Source: Promethearchaeota archaeon
GTDB taxonomy: Archaea > Asgardarchaeota > Lokiarchaeia > Sigyniarchaeales > SOKP01
Assembly (NCBI GenBank): GCA_048939995.1
Contig: JBHLOY010000009.1
Span: 32,001 to 96,000, forward strand
Length of the DNA: 64,000 bases
Direction: 5' to 3'
The notes under the pieces are model-generated. The model did not search any database and was not told where the DNA came from. It saw only the letters and a program-made list of their open reading frames with translations. Position numbers and translations under genes: made by a program. Shown piece after piece: positions 9,440 through 19,429 of the stretch (position 1 is its first letter; each line of letters begins with the position of its first letter).

Positions 9440-11713
9440 CTAATCTTTATTATTTTTAATAGGAACAAAAATTCCTTTTTTAATCAAATTTAATAGGGCT
9501 TCATAATCCTTTGGTCCACAAACATTATCTGGAAGTAGATATATAGCATAAAAATAAGTTAGATTATAATCCTTCATAAAATTAGTTGCTTTTTTGACCA
9601 TCTCTTTTTCATTTTGGTTTAGTTTTGCCTCTTTAGGAATTGAGACTCTTAATGGATAACGAAATGAAACATTTAAATCACTATCAATCAGTTTCTGTAT
9701 ACTACGGAATGGTCTTAGGTCACCTTCAAAACTTTCGATTAATTTGCTGTAATATTTGTAAATATGATAAGCCAATGATTCAATAGAATAAAGAAAATTT
9801 TTAGAAGGATTACTCTTCATAATAACGATTACCCGCAAATTGATAAATTCTGTCATTAATATAATAGAATTTTTATATTCTACTTTAACAGTTCGCGATT
9901 CCTTTGCACCATCTATTACTTCAACCCCAAAATTATGAATAGCTTGAAGAAATCCAGATATTAAAGTGGGATCTAATTGTTTTTCCTCAAAGGATTGGGA
10001 ATATAAATCGATTCCGGTTTTTGTATGCAATACAATTATATATTTTAAATTCAAAACATCATTACATTGTTCTAAAAATGTTTGCAGCTTATCTCTTTTT
10101 CGAGATTCCCTCTTCTTAACCACTACATAACTCGAGTAACCTATAGTCATACCACCAATAACAATACTTCCAATTATTATAAATAACGTGAAATCTAGCT
10201 CATTCGGGATTAGATTCGCTTCTATAAAAAATGTCTGAGATTGAACACCCGCATCAGTTTCATTATTCCAAAAAATATAAGCAATATAATCCCCCTCAAT
10301 TGCATTTGTTGGAATTATATATGAAAATTCTAATGGTGATGAAGGTTCTTCTAGTATTTGTTTAGTAGTTTGGTATTTTACTATATCAGCTGGATTGAAA
10401 AGTAATAGCGTGTAATTACCGGCTAAAGGAGATAAAATTGAAAAGCTTAATTCCTGCCCTGCTTGATATTCAGTTATAGGAGCATTTATAATAAATTCTA
10501 TATTTGGAGAATTCGCTCTTATTTCCCATTCAGCACTATTTTCTATAGTGGAATTTGGGATTATTAAATAATTAGTAACGGGGTCAATTATAATGTCTGA
10601 AGAAATATTTATACTATTCTTTATTATATTCAGGTTAGTCCAACTTCTTGGTAAGAGGAATTTTATCGTGTGATTATTAGAAACTCTTGTGATTATAGGA
10701 TTAACAACCCAGACAATAGAATCGTTGAACTGGATATTAACAGAACTTTCAACATTAAATAAATTATTGATATGAAGGGTATAATCAAGTTTAAAATTCA
10801 AGCTCTCAGTTTTATTATTTTCAATCTTAAAGCTAACAATTTCATTATTAGGATGATAATTGATATCACTCCTCTTTAGATATCCATTTCCCTCACCGTA
10901 TCCATTTGATACTTTATAAAAATTACCATTGATTTGAGTAGTCATATTGATTTCTTCTGGAAAAACAGATGAATTAATTTTTTGAATTAATCTATATAGA
11001 AAGGTTACTCCTTGAGAGCCCATCGACCAAGAACCACCATTGAAAGAAGAGCTATACAAATCGGGATTTTTAGGGTTTATATCATTTTTATACCAGAAGT
11101 AATCTGATTTAGGACTAGTTCCTATGGATGATCCATCTATGATAATATAATAATCCCCAATAGGAAGAAAAATAGGGCTAGAAAAAGTTTGGCGATGCCA
11201 AGAGGGTAAAAGAGAAAATGACATATTTAAATTTCTTAATGGGCTATAAGTTTGAGTATTTGGGGCTTTAGTTAAATCATCATAACCTTTTATCTGAAAA
11301 TAAATAGGTTTACTTTCAGAGGATTCATTATTACCATATATTTCGATACCATAGATTATAGTGGGGTCTATGATTTTTAGTTGTACTCCTAAACCATCCT
11401 TAAATTTATTAATAATAGCATAATTAGCGGGAATATCTTCAATTGCTTTTATCTCAGACCCAAACTCTACCTTGCTAAAATTTAGGTTTATATCTTCAAT
11501 AGCCCAAGAGGAGCTAGGTAAATTGAAGTCAAATGAACTTAAATTGTTATAAGTTCCTTTGTTAACTGAATATTCGAAAAAGTCAAATTTGGTATTTATA
11601 TTTAAAGTACTGCTTGTTTTGACTAAAGAAATCCCATTTTCACTAATAAAACTAAAACCTAAAAACAATGCAAATACCAAAATTGAAAAGAAAAATAATT
11701 TTTTTGATTTCAT
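9440..11713 (-). CDS. Single-pass membrane protein with beta-rich ectodomain and cytoplasmic longin-like domain (paralog 1, subtype A)
   Basis: Signal peptide; Asn-rich ectodomain; TM FIIIGSIVIGGMTIGYSSYVVV; cytoplasmic YIIVLHTKTGIDLYSQSF...DPTLISGFLQAIHNFG longin-type pattern. Confidence 0.8.
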   Translation of the reverse strand: MKSKKLFFFSILVFALFLGFSFISENGISLVKTSSTLNINTKFDFFEYSVNKGTYNNLSSFDFNLPSSSWAIEDINLNFSKVEFGSEIKAIEDIPANYAIINKFKDGLGVQLKIIDPTIIYGIEIYGNNESSESKPIYFQIKGYDDLTKAPNTQTYSPLRNLNMSFSLLPSWHRQTFSSPIFLPIGDYYIIIDGSSIGTSPKSDYFWYKNDINPKNPDLYSSSFNGGSWSMGSQGVTFLYRLIQKINSSVFPEEINMTTQINGNFYKVSNGYGEGNGYLKRSDINYHPNNEIVSFKIENNKTESLNFKLDYTLHINNLFNVESSVNIQFNDSIVWVVNPIITRVSNNHTIKFLLPRSWTNLNIIKNSINISSDIIIDPVTNYLIIPNSTIENSAEWEIRANSPNIEFIINAPITEYQAGQELSFSILSPLAGNYTLLLFNPADIVKYQTTKQILEEPSSPLEFSYIIPTNAIEGDYIAYIFWNNETDAGVQSQTFFIEANLIPNELDFTLFIIIGSIVIGGMTIGYSSYVVVKKRESRKRDKLQTFLEQCNDVLNLKYIIVLHTKTGIDLYSQSFEEKQLDPTLISGFLQAIHNFGVEVIDGAKESRTVKVEYKNSIILMTEFINLRVIVIMKSNPSKNFLYSIESLAYHIYKYYSKLIESFEGDLRPFRSIQKLIDSDLNVSFRYPLRVSIPKEAKLNQNEKEMVKKATNFMKDYNLTYFYAIYLLPDNVCGPKDYEALLNLIKKGIFVPIKNNKD

Positions 11714-11919
11714 ATCTAATTTTTATTGATTTCTAATTAAAAATCATAATAGTTTAATTAAAAAATCTTTGGGTTTTAGATTATTACATTAAAAATATTT
11801 TACTTATTAATAATGCAAATTAAATTTTTTTTTTTAAATTGGACTCCTATTATTTTATAAAAAATAAAAGCTATTTTATATTATTAATTCAAGTTATCAA
11901 TGAATAAGAATAGGTTATT

Positions 11920-12831
11920 TTGATGACATTTAAGGAGAAAATAAAAGCATATGTAGATTTGACTAGAGCTCATTTTGCACCCGTTTGGCCATTATTGTTT
12001 TGTTCTGGCTTATTACTTGCATTTAAAAATTATAATTATTTTTCTTGGAGTTTTCTTTTACTAGCAATTTTCATTGGACTTTTTGGATTTGAAGCTGGAA
12101 TGGTATTGAATGATATTATTGATTACCACATAGATGAATTAGATGTCGATGATACACTTACAAATTATTGGAGACCATTCAAGGAACGCCCAATTCCTTC
12201 TGGAAGGGTTTCTTTAAAAGAAGCAGTAGCTGTATTTATTATTTTTGTTTTAATTACCACCATTTTAATAGCCTTTTTACCCTTTCCAAATCTTATATAT
12301 ATATACATTATTATGGTGTATGCTTACTCCATGGAAGTATTCTATCAAATAGTGAAAAGAAAACAGAGATTTCCAATTGCTCAGTTACTTGGAAGGACTG
12401 ATTTACTATTATTCCCAATTGCGGGTTATTTATGTTTTGGATACTTTGATTTTACAGTTATTCTTTATCTTTTATTTATGTATCCTTGGGCTCTTGCACA
12501 CCTTGGAGCGAATGACATTGTTGATGTTAAAAATGACGAGGCAAAAAATCTTAAAACTATTACGGGGTTATATGGTGTTAAAGGAAATATTATATGGATT
12601 AATGTTTTCTCTCTGATCCAAATAATAACTTCTATGGTATTCGCTTTTATTGATTTAGGGATTATAGCACAAATAGGATTTGCTATTGGTTGGGTAATTA
12701 TTATAGGAGCCAATTTGATTATTATTAAGGCTAAAGACTTAAAAGCGAGATTGAAGGCATTGCCTTTATTCCATGCTACTCTTTTGATCTACATTTTAGC
12801 AATAATAATTGACTCTGCTATGGCCATCTAG
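11920..12831 (+). CDS. UbiA family prenyltransferase
   Basis: NDIIDYHIDELD and NDIVDVKNDE Asp-rich motifs, RPIPSG, multiple TM helices. Confidence 0.9.
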   Translation: MMTFKEKIKAYVDLTRAHFAPVWPLLFCSGLLLAFKNYNYFSWSFLLLAIFIGLFGFEAGMVLNDIIDYHIDELDVDDTLTNYWRPFKERPIPSGRVSLKEAVAVFIIFVLITTILIAFLPFPNLIYIYIIMVYAYSMEVFYQIVKRKQRFPIAQLLGRTDLLLFPIAGYLCFGYFDFTVILYLLFMYPWALAHLGANDIVDVKNDEAKNLKTITGLYGVKGNIIWINVFSLIQIITSMVFAFIDLGIIAQIGFAIGWVIIIGANLIIIKAKDLKARLKALPLFHATLLIYILAIIIDSAMAI

Positions 12832-12867
12832 AATTGTTTTTCATTAATTTTATTATTTTATTTATTC

Positions 12868-13668
12868 TTATAGACCTTTTACTTTCTTATGGGAACGTGG
12901 TGGACAACGCATAAACTCAATATCTGGATACCCAATAGTAATAACGCCCCAGCTTTTGCCTACAATCTTAGCAATTTTAAGCAATTTAGGATTACTTTCA
13001 AAAGCTATTTGAGCATATCCAATATAACATGTTCCTAAACCTAATGATTGAGCTGCGATTCTACCATATGTAACTATATTACCGATATTAAAATGATCTA
13101 AGGGAGAGTTCCCTAAAGATGAAACAATTATTATATGGGGAGCATCATGGAAAATAGGATGCTTATAAATTTTTCTTAGTGTCTCAAAGTGCTCTCCACT
13201 GCGAGATTTGATGGAAGGATTTTTAAGAAGTTCACCAATAATTCCTTCTGAAAGAGTACTTAACTGTACTGAGTCTGATATAATAGCAATCTTTTCAGCT
13301 CTAACATTAGCTCCTGTAGGTGCAAATTCCATAACTCTAATAACTTTTTCCAAGGTCGATTTGGGTACTGGTTTGTCTTTATAATGACGAATTGAACGAT
13401 TTGCCCTCAAAAAGTTAGAGATAGTCTCATAGGGAATATAATTTTCAAGATCTTCTATCCCTTCAAAATAGAAAGGATCATCTCCTAAATTTTCAAAAAT
13501 TATTGCTTCGGATGGGCACACAGCAATACAGTGTCCACATAAGTTACATCTTCCATTAATATCCTCAAAAATAACTTTATTCTCTTGTTTTACAAATAAC
13601 CATCTGCACTCTTTGCTACATAACCCGCATTGAGTACATTTCTCATAATTAATTCCTACTATTGGCAT
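12868..13668 (-). CDS. Nitroreductase family protein with N-terminal 4Fe-4S ferredoxin domain
   Basis: CTQCGLCSKEC and CNLCGHCIAVCP; RSIRHY, APTGAN, SLGLGTCYIG. Confidence 0.92.
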   Translation of the reverse strand: MPIVGINYEKCTQCGLCSKECRWLFVKQENKVIFEDINGRCNLCGHCIAVCPSEAIIFENLGDDPFYFEGIEDLENYIPYETISNFLRANRSIRHYKDKPVPKSTLEKVIRVMEFAPTGANVRAEKIAIISDSVQLSTLSEGIIGELLKNPSIKSRSGEHFETLRKIYKHPIFHDAPHIIIVSSLGNSPLDHFNIGNIVTYGRIAAQSLGLGTCYIGYAQIAFESNPKLLKIAKIVGKSWGVITIGYPDIEFMRCPPRSHKKVKGL

Positions 13669-13738
13669 CTTACATCGATTTTAATTAGTTTTATCTATTC
13701 ATTTATTATTTTGAGTAAATTTAGTTTAAAAAAGACAA

Positions 13739-14077
13739 TTATTTTTCCTTAATCATTATCAGTATCATCTTGAACTTTTCAAGAGCTTTCAAAGCATGAG
13801 GTTCATTCGCAGGCATAATTATCATTTGCCCTGTATTAAGGATATAGTCTTTTTTAGAAATTGTAATTTTTACTTTTCCATCTAATATATGCACCATCGC
13901 ATCAAATGGGGCTGTATGCTCGCTTAAGCCTTGATCTTTATCAAAAGAAAAAAGGGTTACCGTCCCTTGATTCTTTTCAATTAAAGTTCTACTAACAACA
14001 GAGCCCTCTTGATAATCTAGCATCTCATTTAAGCTCTGAACTTTTACGAAATCTTTAATCTTTATGTTTTCTGTCAT
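13739..14077 (-). CDS. Cupin domain protein
   Basis: LSEHTAPFDAMVHILDG...MPANEPHAL. Confidence 0.9.
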   Translation of the reverse strand: MTENIKIKDFVKVQSLNEMLDYQEGSVVSRTLIEKNQGTVTLFSFDKDQGLSEHTAPFDAMVHILDGKVKITISKKDYILNTGQMIIMPANEPHALKALEKFKMILIMIKEK

Positions 14078-14237
14078 AATTTTCCCATCTTCTTTAATTA
14101 GTTTATTAAGTTTATAAAGAACCGAACTGATTTAAAGCTAAATGCGAACATGTTATTTTTAAAATACAAAATTATAAAATTGTTATTTGTTATTAGTTAC
14201 TCAAAAATCCATTATTGACTGGAACTTCTATTAGAAT

Positions 14238-15125
14238 ATGCAGAATTTCTGCACCAATTGTGGAAAACCACGACAAACTAGCTGGAAAGTATGCCCATAT
14301 TGTGGAAAATCATTTATTCATATAGTTACTTCTCTCCAGCCAGTAGAATCTAAACCACAATTTGATATAGTGGAAAAAAAAAGGATTTGGTTCACTAAGA
14401 AGAAGATAGCTATATTAATTGTATTATCTGTGATCGTTTTAGCTGGAATTTTAACTCCCGTAATAATCTTATTTACTAATTATCAAATTAGAAATATAAA
14501 TTATTATGTTAGCTACGGAACAATATCCAAATCATATAATTGTATGATTCCTCGTGAGACATATAATTACTATAATGATCTCTACCATCCTTCTCATGGA
14601 AGTAACGATTGGGATGTTGTTGCATCAGTCATAGCGTCCTACTGTACTCCAGATGAGCCAGAAATGGTAAAAATCGCTCAAGAAGTTAAGTCTCAATGCA
14701 TTAATCAAAATGATGAGGAAGAGGTAATTAATGCCCTATTGAGTTTCACCCAAGGCATCACTTACGAATCTGAAATAGTTGATAGAGCAAGTTATCCTAT
14801 AGAAACATTGATAGACAAAGGTGATTGTGAAGATTTATCCATCTTTTTTGGCTCACTGGTAGAATGTTTAGGCTATGAAGCAATTATAATTTGTGTACTC
14901 ATATTTGATAATGGTGATTGGGTTGGACATGCTGTTGTAGGGATTCATTTGGATTTTACTCCTTCCCATCATTCAAGTTATCCTCCAAGCCATTATTTAG
15001 ACATATCAGAAGATAGTAATCAATATTGGTATTGTGAAACTACCTCACAAGGGTGGATGGTTGGAGAATTACCTGTTTCAGATCCTTCTGATTTTCAAGT
15101 ACAGAGTTATGCATTTATTGAATAA
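14238..15125 (+). CDS. Zinc-ribbon / TM / transglutaminase-like cysteine protease domain protein
   Basis: CTNC...CPYC, a TM helix, then YPIETL, GDCED, GHA and YCETT (Cys-His-Glu-type triad). Confidence 0.82.
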   Translation: MQNFCTNCGKPRQTSWKVCPYCGKSFIHIVTSLQPVESKPQFDIVEKKRIWFTKKKIAILIVLSVIVLAGILTPVIILFTNYQIRNINYYVSYGTISKSYNCMIPRETYNYYNDLYHPSHGSNDWDVVASVIASYCTPDEPEMVKIAQEVKSQCINQNDEEEVINALLSFTQGITYESEIVDRASYPIETLIDKGDCEDLSIFFGSLVECLGYEAIIICVLIFDNGDWVGHAVVGIHLDFTPSHHSSYPPSHYLDISEDSNQYWYCETTSQGWMVGELPVSDPSDFQVQSYAFIE

Positions 15126-15140
15126 CCCTTTTTTTAATTT

Positions 15141-15674
15141 TTACTCAATATCATTCAAATGTACTTTAATATAACCAGAACATTTTTCCTGGGAGTAAAG
15201 TAAGCATTTGGTAAATTGGGGATCAATTTCGTATTGGATTCCTAAAGCTTCCAACCAACAGCAAACGCGAATTAAAACTCCACATTCATAATTTTCTTTC
15301 ACTCCAATGAGTTTCATTCCTTCAAACGCAAAACATCTATCCATTTCCCAATAAATGTAATTTCTTTTAGGATACGAGTAGGTAAATTTCATAAAATCCC
15401 CTTTTAATATACTAAATGCGTCATCAATAAATTTTTTCAATTGTTCAAAGGTTGTTATTTTAGAATAATCCATCCCCAGGGCTTTTTTGATTCTTCTTAC
15501 TTCCAAGGGGGCAAGATTTCTAATAGCTCCTTTATTTAGCTTATTAGCCGCATCAATACCAAATAGTTTTACAGAATTATAAAACCAAGAACCATCATGA
15601 GTCATCCAACATTTAACTATCAGTTCTTTTAATTCTTTTTTATTAAGTTGCTCCAATAAATTCAATATGATCAC
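15141..15674 (-). CDS. DUF6125 family (V4R/HNOX-like) protein
   Basis: WMTHDGSWF, C-terminal CF...YECG...WL...C...C; paralog of 27556 and 28056. Confidence 0.75.
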   Translation of the reverse strand: MIILNLLEQLNKKELKELIVKCWMTHDGSWFYNSVKLFGIDAANKLNKGAIRNLAPLEVRRIKKALGMDYSKITTFEQLKKFIDDAFSILKGDFMKFTYSYPKRNYIYWEMDRCFAFEGMKLIGVKENYECGVLIRVCCWLEALGIQYEIDPQFTKCLLYSQEKCSGYIKVHLNDIE

Positions 15675-15697
15675 TTCAATTTTTAATGGATAATTGA

Positions 15698-16126
15698 TTA
15701 AATTTTAAAGCCTTCATTATCTAACTTCTCATTACACAAAGAATCACATTTTTGAATATAAGGATTATTTCTTTTAACGTGGAAAAATTCAGTCTTTTCA
15801 AATTTCTCTTTAAGTTGATAAACTTGATTATATAATTTTAATAAATGGGGGACATTAACTCTCCATTTGCGATTAATCTGTTGGATTACCAAATTACTAT
15901 CAGAATATACTCGAATATGCCTTGGTTGAAATTGTCCGACCGCTTTTAATGCATTAATAATTGCTTGATATTCAGCTTGATTATTAGTAGCAGTTCCAAT
16001 GAAATTTACACCATTATGAATAATATTATTATTAAGAACAAAAACAAATGCACTTGCAGCAGGTCCTGGATTACCACGCGCGGCACCGTCTGTATAAATT
16101 TTTAAAATATCTTCCTTTAAATTCAA
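15698..16126 (-). CDS. rnhA: Ribonuclease HI
   Basis: YTDGAARGNPG, TNNQAEY, SDS, HVKR..N..CD. Confidence 0.93.
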   Translation of the reverse strand: MNLKEDILKIYTDGAARGNPGPAASAFVFVLNNNIIHNGVNFIGTATNNQAEYQAIINALKAVGQFQPRHIRVYSDSNLVIQQINRKWRVNVPHLLKLYNQVYQLKEKFEKTEFFHVKRNNPYIQKCDSLCNEKLDNEGFKI

Positions 16127-16359
16127 AATTTTACTCCTAACTAAATAATTGAATTAGAAAATTTCCTGTAAATATTATTTTTTCCCTTTAAGTCTATTCA
16201 CGTATCATAAAATTTAAATTAAGTATAAAAACAATTTAAGATGAAATTATTTTTTTTATAAGAAGTAAGTGATCTATATAAAAGAGTATTTAAGATAAGA
16301 TTTGTTTCATTTTTGGGGAGATAATAGTCTTTCTATTGTCAAATCTAAACTTTAAAACG

Positions 16360-16629
16360 CTAAACCTTAATATGAATGGAGTCATACTTATTAAGCTTAA
16401 AACTAAACGTTTTTACTTTTTTAAGCATCCAAATTAGATATTGGATTCTGGTTAGCAAAAGAATTCCAGCAAAAAGAAAAGCTATTCCAATAGCTAGTAA
16501 TGCTTGCAATTCTTTTCTGGAAGTGTATATAAAATAAATCAGCCAAAATATAAGAAGGATCCCAGCTATTAAAATAAGTATTAATGCGATATTCCTAATT
16601 TTTAAATAAGGCTTATCAAAATTTTCCAT
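16360..16629 (-). CDS. Small two-TM membrane protein
   Basis: Two hydrophobic helices, ATG start, no overlap with neighbours. Confidence 0.6.
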   Translation of the reverse strand: MENFDKPYLKIRNIALILILIAGILLIFWLIYFIYTSRKELQALLAIGIAFLFAGILLLTRIQYLIWMLKKVKTFSFKLNKYDSIHIKV

Positions 16630-16734
16630 ATTTTTATTGATTAAATATAAGTGTTACAAGAAATACAAGAATGTTTAATATAATAATTTCATGATTATAA
16701 TTCAATATCCTAATTAATATTTAGTAGATTTAAT

Positions 16735-17151
16735 ATGATAAAAGTTAGTACAAATCTACATCACGCTCATCTCTTTGCATCAAGCATAGATAAGAGTTTA
16801 AATTTTTATAGCGAAATGTTTGGTGCAGAGACATTATTCGATTTAGAGATGGCAGGTGCTCGTAATGTTATGATATCCATTGGAACATCAAGGATAAATT
16901 TCTATGATCAATCGCCAAGAGACACAGGAAGAGGTGCTATACATCATCTTGGCATCGAAACTGATAATCTTGAAAAACTTATAGAACAAATGAAAGAAAA
17001 GGGCTATGAATTTAAAAATAAAATTAAAACCTATGGATTGTGGAAATACGTTATGGTGGAGGGTCCTGACAATGTACTTTTAGAACTATTTGAAATTGTA
17101 AGAGATAGAATCCCTCAAGAACAACTGAAAAAAATATCATCTCTATACTAA
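16735..17151 (+). CDS. VOC/glyoxalase family protein
   Basis: LHHAHL...FY..MFG, IHHLGIETD, GPDNVLLEL. Confidence 0.9.
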   Translation: MIKVSTNLHHAHLFASSIDKSLNFYSEMFGAETLFDLEMAGARNVMISIGTSRINFYDQSPRDTGRGAIHHLGIETDNLEKLIEQMKEKGYEFKNKIKTYGLWKYVMVEGPDNVLLELFEIVRDRIPQEQLKKISSLY

Positions 17152-17186
17152 AAAAGAAATAAAAAAAATAAATTTATTTTTACTTA

Positions 17187-18224
17187 TTACAGTGAATATC
17201 TTTGATTAATAGCAGTTTGAAATTGTATTTGTGACTGCTTACCAGCTTGGTATCCACCTCGCTTTGAAACTAAATAGAATTGTATTATTGTTCCATTGTA
17301 TTCTAATGCTATCCCTCTCCATTTATTATCTGTAGAATCGAGCTCGATTACATTACCAAGACCAATTCCCTCGCGTGAAGAGTAATTAAAGCTTAATTGT
17401 TGTAGGATCGAGATTAGAATATCATGAAATTCACTTGAAATTTCTTTCATAGGTTTATTTTTGAATCTTATTGCTTCAATGGCAAATGCTTTAAAGATAT
17501 CCCCACTCATGTATCTCCATACATTAGGATTTGCATAAAATTCGATTCCTATAAATTCTTTATTAATAAAAACTGCAATTCCGCATTGATTTTCAACATT
17601 TTTAAAAGCTCTTATGAATTTTTCGGTTTGCTTATCTGAAATCTTTGTCATTTCAAGATAACTTTGAGTAGGTGCTATATTCATTGCGTACTTCATTTCA
17701 GCTCGATGAGCTTGAATTTCTTGCCATACTGCTCCTTGACCTGCTGTAGAAATTGCCTCAAACGCAACATTTGGATGGATTCTCGTGCTTGATGATTTGA
17801 ATCCCTTCCCTTTTGTATAGGTCCATCGTGATTGTTCAATACATTTAGCAGGGATCACATACTTTCGACTTGGATTCCCCGGATTTCTATTAAATACCTT
17901 TTGTTTTCCTCCAACTGGAAGTAAAATGGGTTCCCAAATAGTACGATCTTGCTTCCCACCATGAACAGTCATTCCAAATGGGATTAATATTTGTTTATCG
18001 CTTTTATTTATTACTTCTAATTGACTTACTGCTTCAGTTTCTATAATTTCTATTAAGCTTTGTTCCTCTGCTTGTTTAACACTAATGAAATCTATAAATT
18101 TATCATCTTGAATTATAATAGGTATAACTGTCATATTTTCATAAACTTGAGGAGTACTCAATCTAAGAAAACCCAATGGATTTTCAAATATGGATTCAAC
18201 AATCTTAATACTTTCACTTTTCAA
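17187..18224 (-). CDS. ARPP-1 (DUF6569) family protein
   Basis: VSQLEVINKSDKQILIPFGMTVHGGKQDR...IPAKCIEQSRW...QGAVW pattern. Confidence 0.75.
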   Translation of the reverse strand: MKSESIKIVESIFENPLGFLRLSTPQVYENMTVIPIIIQDDKFIDFISVKQAEEQSLIEIIETEAVSQLEVINKSDKQILIPFGMTVHGGKQDRTIWEPILLPVGGKQKVFNRNPGNPSRKYVIPAKCIEQSRWTYTKGKGFKSSSTRIHPNVAFEAISTAGQGAVWQEIQAHRAEMKYAMNIAPTQSYLEMTKISDKQTEKFIRAFKNVENQCGIAVFINKEFIGIEFYANPNVWRYMSGDIFKAFAIEAIRFKNKPMKEISSEFHDILISILQQLSFNYSSREGIGLGNVIELDSTDNKWRGIALEYNGTIIQFYLVSKRGGYQAGKQSQIQFQTAINQRYSL

Positions 18225-18226
18225 AA

Positions 18227-18631
18227 TTAATCATCCTCCAATTTTTTATTTTTCCCACTTTTGTTTTTATCATTCTCGTATAGAGGTTCTATGAATTGAT
18301 TCACTATATTTTTTCCATTTTTGGTTAGCTCCACTCCTTGAGAGACTTGAAGTTTTCCTTTCTCGGTTACTCCATTTATTCTTAAACCCCTTTCTGCTTG
18401 AAATTCTGTTTCTGATAACTCTTCTTTATGCGCCTTAATTAAACCACCTCTTTTAAGGGCATTTAGATGATAATTCAAGTTTTGCTTTTGGATTCCTATA
18501 TTGTCTGCGATTTCTATTGGCTTTTGGGCTTTTTCGGAAAGCTCCTTCATAATATCCACCCTTACAGGGCTCCTAAATACGAGGCCGACTTTATCAAAAA
18601 TCGGTTTTTTCTTTTCTTTCTTTTTGGTCAT
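18227..18631 (-). CDS. ArsR-like winged-helix regulator
   Basis: SPVRVDIMKEL...EIADNIGIQKQNLNYHLNALKRGGLI; 2 nt from the ARPP-1 start. Confidence 0.85.
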   Translation of the reverse strand: MTKKKEKKKPIFDKVGLVFRSPVRVDIMKELSEKAQKPIEIADNIGIQKQNLNYHLNALKRGGLIKAHKEELSETEFQAERGLRINGVTEKGKLQVSQGVELTKNGKNIVNQFIEPLYENDKNKSGKNKKLEDD

Positions 18632-18663
18632 ATAATCACTTTATTTTTAGTAAAAATTTTTAT

Positions 18664-18683
18664 GGTAAAAATCCTTTTTACTA
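18664..18683. promoter_or_regulatory. Candidate operator GTAAAAA-N3-TTTTTAC
   Basis: Inverted repeat ~35 nt upstream of the ArsR gene; resembles the 19346 palindrome. Confidence 0.45.
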
Positions 18684-18822
18684 TAAAATTATATATTTAT
18701 TCGAGTATTTAAAGATTTGTATTTCGTTATCTTTAGTCTGAAGATTGATAAACCACCTTAGGTTCACTAATATTTAATTCTTTAATTATAATTATAATAT
18801 ATAAAGGTCTAAATAAGATAAT

Positions 18823-19326
18823 ATGAGGGATCTAATGTCAGATAATACCAAAAAGAATGAGGAACAAAAAAGGAGTGTTGCAGAAGATGAAGAAGACATT
18901 TTCAAATCTCTAAATCACAAAATTCGAAGAGATATTATTAAAATTGTAGGTAATAGGACCCTAAGTTTTACGGAAATTAAGACTCATTTAGAACCTATAG
19001 ATAGTCCAACTCTTTCTTACCATCTAAAAAGTTTACAATCTATGCTAAATCAAAAAGAAAATAAATATGAATTATCTGAAATTGGAGAAGCAGCAGTTAA
19101 TTTATTAAGTAAAACTGATCAATCAATTAGAATATCAAAATATAAAAAAAAATTCTTATATGCTTATTGTGTGACTGTAGTATGCTGGGTTAGTGCTTCA
19201 ACGTTAATACCTCTTATTTTAAGTTTAAATCTTGGAAATTTAACAGTCATTTTAGTCCAAATTGTTATTAGCATTATCTCTTCAATAAATTATATAATGA
19301 TCTGGACTTTAAGAAAAAAATCTTAG
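18823..19326 (+). CDS. Membrane-anchored ArsR/HTH regulator
   Basis: IFKSLNHKIRRDII...SFTEI...DSPTLSYHL, then two C-terminal TM helices. Confidence 0.82.
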   Translation: MRDLMSDNTKKNEEQKRSVAEDEEDIFKSLNHKIRRDIIKIVGNRTLSFTEIKTHLEPIDSPTLSYHLKSLQSMLNQKENKYELSEIGEAAVNLLSKTDQSIRISKYKKKFLYAYCVTVVCWVSASTLIPLILSLNLGNLTVILVQIVISIISSINYIMIWTLRKKS

Positions 19327-19345
19327 TATATTTAATGTTAAAAAC

Positions 19346-19367
19346 TTAGTAAAAAAATTTTTACTAA
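19346..19367. promoter_or_regulatory. Perfect 10-2-10 inverted repeat, candidate operator of the ABC operon
   Basis: TTAGTAAAAA-AA-TTTTTACTAA. Confidence 0.55.
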
Positions 19368-19429
19368 AACTCTCTTCACTGATTCATTAAAATTTCTCAA
19401 AATATACTTCTTAATTAACCAATTTTTGA

